A stretch of DNA of 64,000 nt from Ignavibacteriota bacterium (GCA_003142475.1 PLMK01000013.1:33130-97129), one strand, 5' to 3'. Positions 10,025 through 20,523 are shown, counted from the first letter of the stretch. Made by a program: numbers and translations. Notes: generated by a model from the letters alone, not told the origin.

Positions 10025-10423
10025 ATGGCAAACAAAAAACGCGATCCGGATTACACACTTAATATTTTTCACTGTTACGACGAGACGATTAAAAGAAATG
10101 TTGTTGTATTTCTGGTGCAAACAACAAGAATTTTTGTCAGCTTCCAGTACGAGATTCTATTAGAAGAAGAACTAGTTGGAAATGAAATCAATTTGCGAAT
10201 CGCCGGATTGCACATCCCGGAATTATTAATGCCGCATACCGGGCCTGCACAAGGACGATACAATTATACAAATCTTAACGGATTGTACAAATTAATTGTT
10301 ACTAAACAGGACAAGACGGTAAATGAATTCTCGGTACAAATTTCACCAGAAAAGATCGACATCATGCACAAACCGAAAGTGCCGTTCATCATTGTTTCCA
10401 ATGAACCAGTGAGTCTTTCATAA
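10025..10423 (+). CDS. hypothetical protein
   Basis: This 132-aa ORF sits immediately after hisS on the same strand. I recognise no motif. It is supported only by ORF length and operon-like placement. Confidence 0.4.
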   Translation: MANKKRDPDYTLNIFHCYDETIKRNVVVFLVQTTRIFVSFQYEILLEEELVGNEINLRIAGLHIPELLMPHTGPAQGRYNYTNLNGLYKLIVTKQDKTVNEFSVQISPEKIDIMHKPKVPFIIVSNEPVSLS

Positions 10424-10477
10424 TTTTTTTAGCTTTTTTATTTCACTTTTGACATTATACTTTTAACTAGAGAAACT

Positions 10478-11293
10478 ATGTGCCCTCGACTTTTCCAAAT
10501 TGGACCATTCACCGTATATGGTTATGGCTTAATGCTTGCCCTCGGTTTTATTGCGGGCAGTTATCTGCTCGTCAATGAATTCAAACGCCGCAAATTAGAT
10601 CCGAACATTGCAAATAATATCACACTCATTGCACTCGTTGCTGGAGTTGCTGGCTCCAAAATTCTTTATCTGATTGAGAATTGGTCTTCTTTTATCATTG
10701 ATCCTATCGGTATGACATTCAATCCCGGTGGATTGACATACTATGGAGGATTTATTCTTGCGGCATTCTCCATTTATATTTACGGAAACAAGAAGGGCAT
10801 AAAATTTTTTACAATCGCCGATGCTATTGTACCCGGACTCATACTCGGGTATGGAATCGCTCGCATTGGGTGTCATCTTGCCGGTGACGGCGACTATGGT
10901 TTTCCAACAACACTTCCATGGGGAACAGATTATTCTAAAGGAACTTATCCTCCCTCGATAGCATTTCAAGACTTTCCCAAAATTACCAGTCAATTCCCGG
11001 GAGGGATCGTTCCCAACAATATTCCCTGTCATCCCACACCGGTCTATGAATTTATCATGTGCGCTTTGATCTGCTGGTTCCTTTGGAGTATTCGAAAAAA
11101 AACAGTACCGACCGGAAAACTTTTTATGATTTATCTTATGCTTGCAGGCATTGAGCGGTTTTTTATAGAATTTCTCCGTCCCAATCCAAGGATGGTTTTG
11201 GGTTTGAGTGAGGCACAGCTTATTTCATTAGCCCTCATCGCAGTGGGACTTTTCGGATGGCGAAAACTTACACCATCGGAACAAAATTCTTGA
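10478..11293 (+). CDS. lgt: prolipoprotein diacylglyceryl transferase
   Basis: This 271-aa polytopic membrane protein has an Lgt-like N-terminus 'GPFTVYGYGLMLALGFIAG' and 'GIARIGCHLAGDG'. Confidence 0.85.
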   Translation: MCPRLFQIGPFTVYGYGLMLALGFIAGSYLLVNEFKRRKLDPNIANNITLIALVAGVAGSKILYLIENWSSFIIDPIGMTFNPGGLTYYGGFILAAFSIYIYGNKKGIKFFTIADAIVPGLILGYGIARIGCHLAGDGDYGFPTTLPWGTDYSKGTYPPSIAFQDFPKITSQFPGGIVPNNIPCHPTPVYEFIMCALICWFLWSIRKKTVPTGKLFMIYLMLAGIERFFIEFLRPNPRMVLGLSEAQLISLALIAVGLFGWRKLTPSEQNS

Positions 11294-11303
11294 ACAAAGC
11301 AAT

Positions 11304-12050
11304 ATGGATAACCTCATAGTTGGTCGACAACCGGTACTGGAAGCGCTGAAATCACGCCAGCCTATTGAACGAATTCTGATTTTGCATGGAATAGCGGGAA
11401 GCCATATTGATCAAGCAAGACAACTTGCACGGAAGCTTGCTATTCCTATAAAAGAAACTGACAAAGAACGCTTTGCTGAATTAGCCGGCGACACATTGAC
11501 GCAAGGCATTATCGCAATCATAGATTCTTACCATTATGCAGAGATAGAAGAAATTCTTGTTGTTGCTCAACGGAAAAACGAACCGCCATTCATTCTCATC
11601 CTTGATGAAATTGAAGATCCGCATAATCTTGGTGCTCTTATACGTTCTGCAGAATGTGCCGGCATGCATGGTATCATCATTCCGCTGCACAATGCCGCAT
11701 CGGTTAATTCTACTGTTGCAAAAACATCAGCTGGCGCAACCGCGCATCTTCCAATTGCCCGCGTAACCAATATCGCCCAAACATTAGATGAGCTGAAAAA
11801 ATCTGGGGTGTGGATTGTTGGAACCGATATGGAAAGCGATAATCTTTACTACGAGCACGACTATCGCGGCTCGCTTGCTATCGTTATCGGGAATGAAGGG
11901 AAAGGCATTCGCCGGCTAGTCAAAGAGAAATGCGACTTCTTAGTTAAGATTCCAATGCATGGAAAGATTGAATCGCTCAATGCTTCTGTGGCGGGTGCGC
12001 TCGTAATGTTTGAAGCAGCGAAAAGCCGAGATAAGAAGGATAAAGTATAG
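11304..12050 (+). CDS. rlmB: 23S rRNA (guanosine-2'-O-)-methyltransferase, SpoU/TrmH family
   Basis: SpoU motifs 'LDEIEDPHNLGALIRSAECAG', 'VIGNEGKGIRRLV' and 'IPMHGKIESLNASVAGALVMFE' are present. Confidence 0.85.
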   Translation: MDNLIVGRQPVLEALKSRQPIERILILHGIAGSHIDQARQLARKLAIPIKETDKERFAELAGDTLTQGIIAIIDSYHYAEIEEILVVAQRKNEPPFILILDEIEDPHNLGALIRSAECAGMHGIIIPLHNAASVNSTVAKTSAGATAHLPIARVTNIAQTLDELKKSGVWIVGTDMESDNLYYEHDYRGSLAIVIGNEGKGIRRLVKEKCDFLVKIPMHGKIESLNASVAGALVMFEAAKSRDKKDKV

Positions 12051-12062
12051 ACAGAGATTAAT

Positions 12063-12248
12063 ATGTTTTACGATATCATCAACCTTCTAAAATTCATTAC
12101 TGTTTTCCAAATTTTCTTAGTAAGCGGTTTCCTACTCTTCCACTCACAGCGAAAGTCCAAAAGGAATCTTCTTCTTGTTTTATTTATCATGTCAAAAGCA
12201 TTCTTTGTGGGGGATGGCCTTTTAATCGCCTTTCATCAACACCCATGA
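12063..12248 (+). pseudogene. possible 5' remnant of a membrane-bound AraC-type regulator
   Basis: The 61-aa ORF reads 'FQIFLVSGFLLFHSQRKSKRNLLLVLFIM'. This resembles, by memory, the first TM helices of Bacteroidota membrane AraC regulators. No HTH portion follows it. Confidence 0.25.
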
Positions 12249-12267
12249 TTTTGTTCTGGAGAAAAAC

Positions 12268-14118
12268 ATGAAAAGTAATTTCCTTTCCCGAATTGCCATT
12301 GCAGTACAATTTTTTATTTGCAGTGTAATCTTTGGATTCGGTTTTCAGAATCAAGCGATTGCACAGGATTCGGAGACTGTACATTGGCGACACCTGAAGT
12401 ATGCGATCTATTTCACATCGTCTGATGTGGATTTACTCCTTGCTAGTCCAGCTCAATTCAAGAAGACGATGGATTACTTCGCTCCCGTGAAACCGGTCCA
12501 TGTGTATCTTGAAGGATCAGGACATGGAGAAGTAAATGTTAATCTTTTAAAGAATATTGCTGATAAATTCCGTGCAATGGGAATCAAAGTTTCAGGGGCA
12601 ATGGTACCTGTAGGAAAACAAGGACCGTCTGCCTATAATAATCCTAAAGATTTGTCGGCGATCGAAAAACGTATGCGCTCGCTGGCACAGGTCTTCGATG
12701 ATATCATCCTCGACGACTGGCTTTTTACAACAGCAACCGATGCGAAGAGTGTTGAAGAGCGAGGAGAACACACTTGGGCAGATTATCGTACCAAACTTAT
12801 TCTTGAACAATCCAAAATACATATTATTAATCCTGCAAAAGAGATAAATTCCAAAGTCAAGATTACGATCAAATATCCAAATTGGTACGAATGTCACCGG
12901 GATAATGGGTACGACGTTTATTATGAGACCAATTTATACGACCACATGGCTGTCGGTATTGAAACCCGTAATCGTATGGTGCATGACCAACATATCCCGA
13001 TTTACAGTGGCTACATTTTCCAAAGGTGGTGGCCAAACGTCGACCCAAAAAAGTGGGTTGGTTCCTGGCTTGACAATTACGAAATGAAAGGTGATGCAAA
13101 GGATTATATTGCTCAGGTTTGGCAGGCTGTTCTTGCTCAATCACCAGAAATTATTCTCTGGTGTGCAGGTCAACTCTATCCAACAAATCCATCCAGCGAT
13201 GTATATCCAGACTTCGTGAAGATGCTGCCGGAGTTCGACAGAATAGCCGGATTATTAAAAGGCGAAACACGCGGTATTCCTATTTATCTTCCGTATGGTT
13301 CAGTAGGTGAATACAATATCTTTGGTTATCTTGGTATGTGTGCGATTCCTCTTGTTCCTGTTGCCGAGTTTCCAACGGATAGTAGGAACGCAATCTTCAC
13401 TCTCCATTCTTTTTCAGAAGGATCGTTAGGACAAGATACTCTGCTTGCGCAGAAAATGCTCGGCCGATTGCATAATGGAAAAGATGTTTTTATGACATGG
13501 GGACTCTGGAAAAAACTTAGAAACACAGAATTTAAAAATACATTGAATCTTCTTCCCACCGATGAAGGTACTGTGACATCCGACCAGATCAGGATAAAAA
13601 AAGGATGGTTCGGGCAGGAACTGATCAAATCTGAGAAACCTTTTACATTCCCCAAGATAGCGACAACCACATGGTCTAATGTGCGTGATGTCGCTGTCGA
13701 GCGCGATGATTATGACTATGGTGTTTTATTGCATATCCAATATCTCAAAGGAAATATCTACATTTTGAATATGCCTGATAACAGCTACGATTTACTCCGA
13801 CTCCCTGCACAAGCATTAAATTTAATTCGCCAGGCTTTTCGTGAAGATGTAGGAGTTGATGTAACCGGGCCCGGAGGAGTTGGCATGTATCTCTTTGGCA
13901 AGAATCAATATGCATTATATAATATGAGTGATGAGACAGCTACAATGAAACTTCGGTCTATCCAGAAAATCCTGACAACCAGTTGGAAAGAACTTGTTCA
14001 TAATGAAGTTCTGAATGTGAATCTGGATTCGTCCTTTGTTAGGTATGGAGTACCGATTATTACTGAAGTACCGATAACGATAAAACCTTTTGAAATTGTG
14101 ATTGTGCAGGCTCCATAG
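12268..14118 (+). CDS. secreted protein of unknown function (possible glycoside-hydrolase-like TIM barrel)
   Basis: 616 aa with an N-terminal signal peptide 'IAVQFFICSVIFGFGFQNQAIAQ'. The composition is globular and W/Y-rich. I found no diagnostic catalytic motif. Confidence 0.6.
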   Translation: MKSNFLSRIAIAVQFFICSVIFGFGFQNQAIAQDSETVHWRHLKYAIYFTSSDVDLLLASPAQFKKTMDYFAPVKPVHVYLEGSGHGEVNVNLLKNIADKFRAMGIKVSGAMVPVGKQGPSAYNNPKDLSAIEKRMRSLAQVFDDIILDDWLFTTATDAKSVEERGEHTWADYRTKLILEQSKIHIINPAKEINSKVKITIKYPNWYECHRDNGYDVYYETNLYDHMAVGIETRNRMVHDQHIPIYSGYIFQRWWPNVDPKKWVGSWLDNYEMKGDAKDYIAQVWQAVLAQSPEIILWCAGQLYPTNPSSDVYPDFVKMLPEFDRIAGLLKGETRGIPIYLPYGSVGEYNIFGYLGMCAIPLVPVAEFPTDSRNAIFTLHSFSEGSLGQDTLLAQKMLGRLHNGKDVFMTWGLWKKLRNTEFKNTLNLLPTDEGTVTSDQIRIKKGWFGQELIKSEKPFTFPKIATTTWSNVRDVAVERDDYDYGVLLHIQYLKGNIYILNMPDNSYDLLRLPAQALNLIRQAFREDVGVDVTGPGGVGMYLFGKNQYALYNMSDETATMKLRSIQKILTTSWKELVHNEVLNVNLDSSFVRYGVPIITEVPITIKPFEIVIVQAP

Positions 14119-14144
14119 ATAACATTTGTGAAGAAAAAAGAGAC

Positions 14145-14177
14145 TTGAAGTACCACATTTATCATATGGTACTTCAA
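14145..14177 (+). terminator. hairpin downstream of the 616-aa gene (weak terminator candidate)
   Basis: An 11-bp perfect stem pairs TTGAAGTACCA (14145-14155) with TGGTACTTCAA (14167-14177) across an 11-nt loop. No immediate U-tract follows. Confidence 0.35.
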
Positions 14178-14478
14178 AGATCGAAGCCATTTTTGATTTC
14201 GTTACCCAGGAAGATATTACTATTTATTTGATTTATAATTGCCTTGTGTCTTAAAGGCATATTTATTGGAATGTTTCTTTTGAACAAGACAAAAAAGACA
14301 GAACGAAGTTTCAGAAAAAAGGGACGATGTCAAGATAGGTGCTACGATTGGTAATTGTCTTTCCTCGTTTAACAATAAATACACTTAGGAATCTTTTAGG
14401 TAATAATTATGCCTATCCCGCCATTTATGTTACTATTTGTTGGGAGGGCAAATGCTTTTTTTACGTTTCAATATTGTC

Positions 14479-15288
14479 CTAACTCAAGAATCCTTCCACT
14501 CTGTGCACCTTGCCGAGTTTTGTTCCAAGGAAACGTTCACCGATCTCTGCAAATTTATGGGGCACATCGCTGACGTAAAATTGTAAATTAGGTTTGAGCT
14601 TACTTGTATTCTCAAGATTTAATTCAGCAAGCATCTTTTTTACAACCACAGCAGTTGCTTCTCCAGAATCAATCAATGTCACGCTGTCTTGTAGCACTTT
14701 GTTGATGACATTTCGTAAAATAGGGTAATGTGTGCAACCGAGAACAAGCGTGTCAATTTTTTTGAGCGTCAAAGGAAAAAGATATTCTTTGGCAATCAGT
14801 TCTGTTGCTTTGTGATCAATCCATCCTTCTTCGGCAAGCGGAACAAACAGCGGGCACGGTTGTCCAAATACCTGGACGTTCGGATCAAGTTGTCGGATGG
14901 CATTTGTATAGGCGTTACTAAAAATTGTGCCTAATGTTCCAATGACACCAATTCGCTTCTTTTTTGAAGTTTGCACAGCTGCTTCTGCTCCCGGAAGAAT
15001 CACGCCGACGACTGGTATCTTCGCACGTTTCTGCACGATATCAAGTGCAACCGCAGAAACTGTATTGCATGCTGTCACGATGAATTTAACATCGTGTTGA
15101 AGGAGAACATCGGTATCTTGCAATGCGTACTCACGTACTACTTGTGGTGATTTCGGACCATAGGGAACGCGTGCAGTGTCGCCAAAGTACACAATATTTT
15201 CATACGGTAAAAGCCGTATGAGTGCACGAACGACGGTCATGCCGCCGATACCGGAATCAAAAACACCAATGGGTTGTGCGTTATTCAT
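14479..15288 (-). CDS. murI: glutamate racemase
   Basis: It carries 'GVFDSGIGG' and the catalytic Cys motifs 'VTACNT' and 'LGCTHYP'. Confidence 0.95.
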   Translation of the reverse strand: MNNAQPIGVFDSGIGGMTVVRALIRLLPYENIVYFGDTARVPYGPKSPQVVREYALQDTDVLLQHDVKFIVTACNTVSAVALDIVQKRAKIPVVGVILPGAEAAVQTSKKKRIGVIGTLGTIFSNAYTNAIRQLDPNVQVFGQPCPLFVPLAEEGWIDHKATELIAKEYLFPLTLKKIDTLVLGCTHYPILRNVINKVLQDSVTLIDSGEATAVVVKKMLAELNLENTSKLKPNLQFYVSDVPHKFAEIGERFLGTKLGKVHRVEGFLS

Positions 15289-18008
15289 ACAATCTCATAA
15301 ATTCGTTCTTTTGCTGCAGATCCCGATTGGGATATAGTTTGAATCGTTGCAAGAATTTCTCGCCTTGCCGCTTCTCGTTGTGCCGGATCATCCAGCTTAT
15401 TTCCATGTGTATTTAAGAGATAGAACGAATCCACAATGCCGTCTACACGCGTAGCTATTTTTGCGAATGAAATATTCAAGCCAAGCCGTGAAATCGTTTC
15501 GGTGATACGATAGAGAAGACCGAGCATATCCGGTGCATAGACGTCGATGATTGTGAACTGTGGATGATCTTCAAACTTTACGTCGCAGCGCGTGTTTGGA
15601 TTCACTATCTGAGTACGACGTTTCCAACGTGCGCGATGCCGTTCTATAAGACTCACGATCTCGATACTTCCTTCCATCACTCCTATTATATCTCGACTGA
15701 TTCGTGAACAATGGTCATCGGAGAGCGCGGCATTTGACCCGAATTCCACAACACGAAATTTATCTATTACAATCCCATCATGTCGAGTGAAGACTTCTGC
15801 ATTTAAGATATTTGCATCGTTAGCAGTCAGGACACCGCAAAATTTGGAAAGTACTCCAGGCGAATCATTGGCAATAAACGTCACGTCGGTAAAACTATCG
15901 GATTGCTGAAATAGCACGGTAACTTTCTCAGCTTTGCGAATAGCTTGCAGATGGCTTGCTATCTCATCTGGCTTAAATGCTGCAAGATACGATGCATCTG
16001 AGAACTGCGAAAGGTGCCTGCTCACTTCGTTTGCAGGAAATGCAGAAGCAAGGTTTTGAATGACATCTGCATACTTTTCTTCTACAAGATGCGCCGCTTG
16101 CTTGTGGATATCTTCGGTTGTCATTTCTTTTTCCAACATAATACGGGCTTTGCGATACAAATCCCGAAGTAACAGTTCTTTCCATTCTGTCCAAACATTC
16201 TTATTGACAGCAGAGAGATCAGCGTATGTGAGAACGTACAAATAATCAAGCTGTTCGATGCGGTCAAATGTACGAGCGAAATCAATAATTGTCTGTGGAT
16301 CATTCAAATTACGCCGGAACGCTACTTGTTCCATCAGCAAATGATGACGAATGAGGAACGAGACATCTTCTATGAGATCGTCATACAATAATCGTTGAAG
16401 AATGCGTTTCGCGATGAAAACACCTTTAATTTCATGCTTGCCGATATGAGTCGGTTTGGCGATGTCGTGCAACAGGCAGCTAAGATAAAGAGTGTCTCTT
16501 CTCGGCAAAGAGCGGAAGACTGTTCCGAATGATGAACTTGAGTGTTCAAGCGCTTCAGCATTGGCAAGCGCGATGAGCGTATGCTCATCGGCAGTATAAT
16601 AATGGTATTGATTATGCTGAAAAAATGAAACCATCGTTTTCCATTCTGGTATCCAACGTTCGAGCAGCCCAAGTTCGTTCATCTTACGAAGCGCACTGCT
16701 TATGCCGTTTGGCCGATGAAGAAGAAGCCGGAATAATTCCGTTTCCGATTGTGTACTGAGCGGTTTGAGAAATTGTAATCGGCGATGAATGGCATCTTCC
16801 AACTGAAATGAGAACTTGGCATGACGTTCGCCCCGAAATAGAAATGCACGGAGGAGAAGTTCATTGGAAATGACCACACCACGTTTTGATAGATGAATGC
16901 GCCCGCTTCGTATAACCAATGTGTCGCTTAATTTCGCCGTCTTCGTTTCATGACCATTAGCTGACCATCGGTCATATGACCAATCTATGACTCGTGAACA
17001 AAATGACGCCACAGAACGCGACGCCTTATAGTAATCCTGCATAAAATGTTCAACTTTCGCACGTTTTGATTTAGTGCGATACCGAAAACCGGAAGCAACG
17101 CGCTGCTGAAAACTAAATTCCAGCGTGTCGTGAAGAGCGTTGGATTGAATATGCATTTCATTGCGCACGCGAAGTAGTATATCAAACGATAATTTTATTT
17201 CTTTCAAAGACGACGGTGTGAATTGCAGCTTTACAGCTTGAGATTTGAGAAGATGCAGCGTAGCAGTTTCCGATGTACCAAGGTTTTTCGGAATCGGTAC
17301 TGTTCCAGTGCCACGCATTAACCAGAGTGCCGTATGAATATCGCGCAACCCGCCAGCGCTGTTTTTTATATTCGGTTCTAGCAGTTTTGATGAATTGCCA
17401 TACTTATTATACCGCATTTGCCGTGACTCGGAAATCCGACGTACGAAAGAAGGTCGATCATCTTCTTTGATCTTTGCTCGGACAGCTGAAATAAATTTTC
17501 GAAATATGATTTTATTCCCGCAAATGAACCGCGCTTCAATGAGCGACATCCGAGATTCGAAATCTTCGGGAGGAAGATTTATACATTCATCAATAGTACG
17601 GAAGCTGTGGCCGATATCTAATCCGGCATCCAATAAATTGCGAACAAACTCCTGGACTACTGGAGTAGCGGCAGTTCGTTGTTGTTCATCTGCAATGAGA
17701 AACATAACGTCGGTATCAGAAGAAAAACATAGTTCCTTTCTTCCGTACCCGCCCAACGCAACAATTGTTAAATGGTTACCGTCGTTTGCGAGATGTTTGT
17801 AAATCAACCGCAGAAGATCGTCGCGTTGATGCGTTAATGCAAGAGCAACACGAATGCCTCCTGCACCTGCGCGATGTAACCGGAGGGTTTCTTGTGTATT
17901 AATTTCGTAATTTTTATTTATTTGGTGCAAAGTAATCATAGAGCTAATATAACCAATTTTGAGATTCAGTACGCTATTTGATGATTGCTGCAATATTAAG
18001 GAACTCAC
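15285..18008 (-). CDS. glnD: [protein-PII] uridylyltransferase/uridylyl-removing enzyme
   Basis: 907 aa. It has a nucleotidyltransferase motif 'GGYGRKELCFSSDTDVMFL', an HD domain 'LLHDIAKP' and two C-terminal ACT-like domains. It overlaps murI by 4 nt. Confidence 0.9.
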   Translation of the reverse strand: MSSLILQQSSNSVLNLKIGYISSMITLHQINKNYEINTQETLRLHRAGAGGIRVALALTHQRDDLLRLIYKHLANDGNHLTIVALGGYGRKELCFSSDTDVMFLIADEQQRTAATPVVQEFVRNLLDAGLDIGHSFRTIDECINLPPEDFESRMSLIEARFICGNKIIFRKFISAVRAKIKEDDRPSFVRRISESRQMRYNKYGNSSKLLEPNIKNSAGGLRDIHTALWLMRGTGTVPIPKNLGTSETATLHLLKSQAVKLQFTPSSLKEIKLSFDILLRVRNEMHIQSNALHDTLEFSFQQRVASGFRYRTKSKRAKVEHFMQDYYKASRSVASFCSRVIDWSYDRWSANGHETKTAKLSDTLVIRSGRIHLSKRGVVISNELLLRAFLFRGERHAKFSFQLEDAIHRRLQFLKPLSTQSETELFRLLLHRPNGISSALRKMNELGLLERWIPEWKTMVSFFQHNQYHYYTADEHTLIALANAEALEHSSSSFGTVFRSLPRRDTLYLSCLLHDIAKPTHIGKHEIKGVFIAKRILQRLLYDDLIEDVSFLIRHHLLMEQVAFRRNLNDPQTIIDFARTFDRIEQLDYLYVLTYADLSAVNKNVWTEWKELLLRDLYRKARIMLEKEMTTEDIHKQAAHLVEEKYADVIQNLASAFPANEVSRHLSQFSDASYLAAFKPDEIASHLQAIRKAEKVTVLFQQSDSFTDVTFIANDSPGVLSKFCGVLTANDANILNAEVFTRHDGIVIDKFRVVEFGSNAALSDDHCSRISRDIIGVMEGSIEIVSLIERHRARWKRRTQIVNPNTRCDVKFEDHPQFTIIDVYAPDMLGLLYRITETISRLGLNISFAKIATRVDGIVDSFYLLNTHGNKLDDPAQREAARREILATIQTISQSGSAAKERIYEIV

Positions 18009-18042
18009 CCATCGAGATGAATAAGCCCAATGTTCTCCATAA

Positions 18043-19725
18043 TCAAATAACTGTCGGTTTCTTTACAGCAATAATTTTTGCAGCCCGAGCAAGGGCTTCA
18101 TCGAGACTGCCGATGAGATTGTCTTCGCCAATCGTATCAACAAACTGTGACCGCTGCATCGCGAACAGCGGCTGCGCATGTACGCCGACTAGTAAAAGGA
18201 TAGTCTTTCCTTTCCGAAGACGTTTCAATAAATCTTCTAATGCTTGAAGTCCCGTTGCATCGATAGTAATAACATTACGCATTTCAAGAATGAGTACTTT
18301 CGGCGCCTTCTCAATGCGCTGGACAGCATCGCGGAATTGTTCGATAACACCGAAGAACAATGAACCATTGATGGAGAATACTTCTACTCCTGCAGGAATA
18401 TTTCGGCGCGCAGGCGTTGGTTCTTCTTCTTCTTTTTCCTCATCCTTTAAATCTTTTGTGATAAGACCGATTTGTGTTGCATTCGACATGCGCTGCAGGA
18501 AGAGAAATGCCGCAAATACAACTCCGACTTGTATAGCAACGGTCAGATCGATGAATACAGTCAGCAAAAATGTTGTTACCAGAATGACAACATCGCCTCG
18601 CGGCCCGCGAAGGAGTTTCACAAATGCATGCCACTCACTCATAGTGTAAGCAACATAGATAAGAATGGCAGCAAGCACCGACATGGGAATGAGTGCGGCC
18701 CATTTTCCCGCAACAAGAAGAATGAGCAGAAGTACGAAAGAATGAACAATTGCTGAAATCGGTGTGCGTCCGCCATTTCGGATATTTGTCGCGGTACGAG
18801 CGATAGCACCTGTTGCTGGTATACCGCCGAATATGGGTGATAGAATATTGCCGATGCCCTGCGCTACTAATTCCATATTGGAACGGTGCCGCGTACCAAG
18901 CATACCATCGGCAACGACAGCGGAGAGGAGCGATTCCAAAGCTGCAAGTAATGCGATCGTAATGGCGGGCGAAAACATCTTGGTTGCTAACTTCCAGCTT
19001 ATATGAGGAATATGCGGTGAAGGAAAATGATTCGGCATACCACCGAACTGCGATCCAATTGTTTCAACCGGCAATCGAAAAATCGCAACCACAGCTGTTG
19101 CGATAATCAGCGCAATCAATGAACCGGGTATGCGCTTTGTTACACGCGGCCAAAGAATAATAATAAGAAGCGAACCTAATCCGACAAGCAGGCTTGGCAA
19201 ATGAATTGTAGCGATGCTTTCTCCGTACGCCATCCATTTATCTATAAACTCAGCGGGCACATCATCCATTCGTAAACCAAAGAAATCACGCATTTGTGAG
19301 GAAAAAATAATGAGCGCGATTCCACTGGTGAATCCGACAACAACCGGATAGGGAATAAATTTTAGGAATACACCTGCACGAGCGATACCCATGACAACGA
19401 GCATGATCCCGGCAAGAAATGTGGCAATGACAAGGCCATTATAGCCGTACTGATGTACAATGCCGTAAATAATGACGATAAATGCGCCTGTCGGCCCGCT
19501 CACCTGCGCTCGGCTACCGCTGAATATAGCTATGAAAAATCCGGCAATGATGGCAGTATAAAGACCCTGCTCAGGTTTCACGCCGGATGCGATAGCAAAT
19601 GCAATTGCTAGCGGCAGTGCAACAATGCCAACAATGATACCTGCCGTCAGATCGGAGGTGAAATCTTTTACAGAATATCCTTTTCGGAGAATGGAAAAAA
19701 GTTTTGGTTCAAATTGCTTATTCAT
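18043..19725 (-). CDS. SulP family anion (sulfate) permease with C-terminal STAS domain
   Basis: This 560-aa polytopic protein has a typical SulP N-terminus 'LRKGYSVKDFTSDLTAGIIVGIVALPLAIAFA'. The C-terminal STAS region includes 'ILEMRNVITIDATGLQALEDL'. Confidence 0.9.
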   Translation of the reverse strand: MNKQFEPKLFSILRKGYSVKDFTSDLTAGIIVGIVALPLAIAFAIASGVKPEQGLYTAIIAGFFIAIFSGSRAQVSGPTGAFIVIIYGIVHQYGYNGLVIATFLAGIMLVVMGIARAGVFLKFIPYPVVVGFTSGIALIIFSSQMRDFFGLRMDDVPAEFIDKWMAYGESIATIHLPSLLVGLGSLLIIILWPRVTKRIPGSLIALIIATAVVAIFRLPVETIGSQFGGMPNHFPSPHIPHISWKLATKMFSPAITIALLAALESLLSAVVADGMLGTRHRSNMELVAQGIGNILSPIFGGIPATGAIARTATNIRNGGRTPISAIVHSFVLLLILLVAGKWAALIPMSVLAAILIYVAYTMSEWHAFVKLLRGPRGDVVILVTTFLLTVFIDLTVAIQVGVVFAAFLFLQRMSNATQIGLITKDLKDEEKEEEEPTPARRNIPAGVEVFSINGSLFFGVIEQFRDAVQRIEKAPKVLILEMRNVITIDATGLQALEDLLKRLRKGKTILLLVGVHAQPLFAMQRSQFVDTIGEDNLIGSLDEALARAAKIIAVKKPTVI

Positions 19726-20193
19726 GAGATAAACTTCGCTAAGTTTCTAAAAATCAATTTCTGGGAGTGAAATAACAACTTTAAGTCACTTATTGAAAAT
19801 ACGAAATTCTTTCGGCTTTTTCAGCTGGGGAAAAAGGAGAAATATTTATATAACTGGTAGGAAAAGCGAGTCAAGTGGAAAAAAAGTACTACGCTGCTGT
19901 TGTTGCAGGCAAACTAAGGGTTGGGTAGATAAGGACAATCTTTTCCAAGAAAAATTGATAGCCACAATTCACTATGGCAACCCAAAGCATAAAACGCTAT
20001 TATCAGGAAAGAGAAAAAATCAAACAGAGCAGTGAAATTGGAACGAGCGTGGAAATAACAAAGCTTGTCAGGAGATGGAAAAGAAATGACCCCAATGACA
20101 CCATCGTAGCTGTCAGTTCACCGGCAAACGACATTAAAATATCAAATACAGAAAAAGAAAATATAGTATAAAACAACAAATTCAGGAGCACCC

Positions 20194-20469
20194 ATGAAAC
20201 ACAATGTTTATTTTGAAGGTAAGGTACAAAGTTTAAGCCTCACGAACGCAGAAGGCGATGCAACGGTCGGCGTCATTTCACCCGGTAAGTTTACTTTTTC
20301 GACTTCGACAGAAGAGCGGATGATCATAACTTCAGGAACACTGAAAGTGAAACTCCTCGGGAAAGATTGGGCGGTAATGAAAAAAAATACTGAGTTCATT
20401 GTGCCGGCGAAGTCGTCTTTCGATGTCGAAGCCGATGCCGATGTTTCTTACATTTGTTACTACAAATGA
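20194..20469 (+). CDS. ppnP: pyrimidine/purine nucleoside phosphorylase (DUF1255/YaiE family)
   Basis: 91 aa. 'VYFEGKVQSL...GKFTFSTSTEERMIITSGTLKV...SYICYY' aligns by eye with E. coli PpnP. Confidence 0.85.
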   Translation: MKHNVYFEGKVQSLSLTNAEGDATVGVISPGKFTFSTSTEERMIITSGTLKVKLLGKDWAVMKKNTEFIVPAKSSFDVEADADVSYICYYK

Positions 20470-20523
20470 CAAGTTCTGTCCTTCATTCTCATCAGGATGT
20501 TTAAGTCGAAAGAAAATCTATTC

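Noticed and set aside
19793-20171. ORFs of 80 aa and 65 aa lie in the long SulP-ppnP spacer.
   Set aside because: They have non-ATG or RBS-less starts and a compositionally biased (K/E/R) translation that mirrors the purine-rich DNA. The evidence is insufficient to call a CDS.
20060-20193. A possible purine riboswitch upstream of ppnP.
   Set aside because: There is no match to the conserved purine-riboswitch junction and loop sequences. Only a superficial 'caccggcaaacgacatt' resemblance exists.
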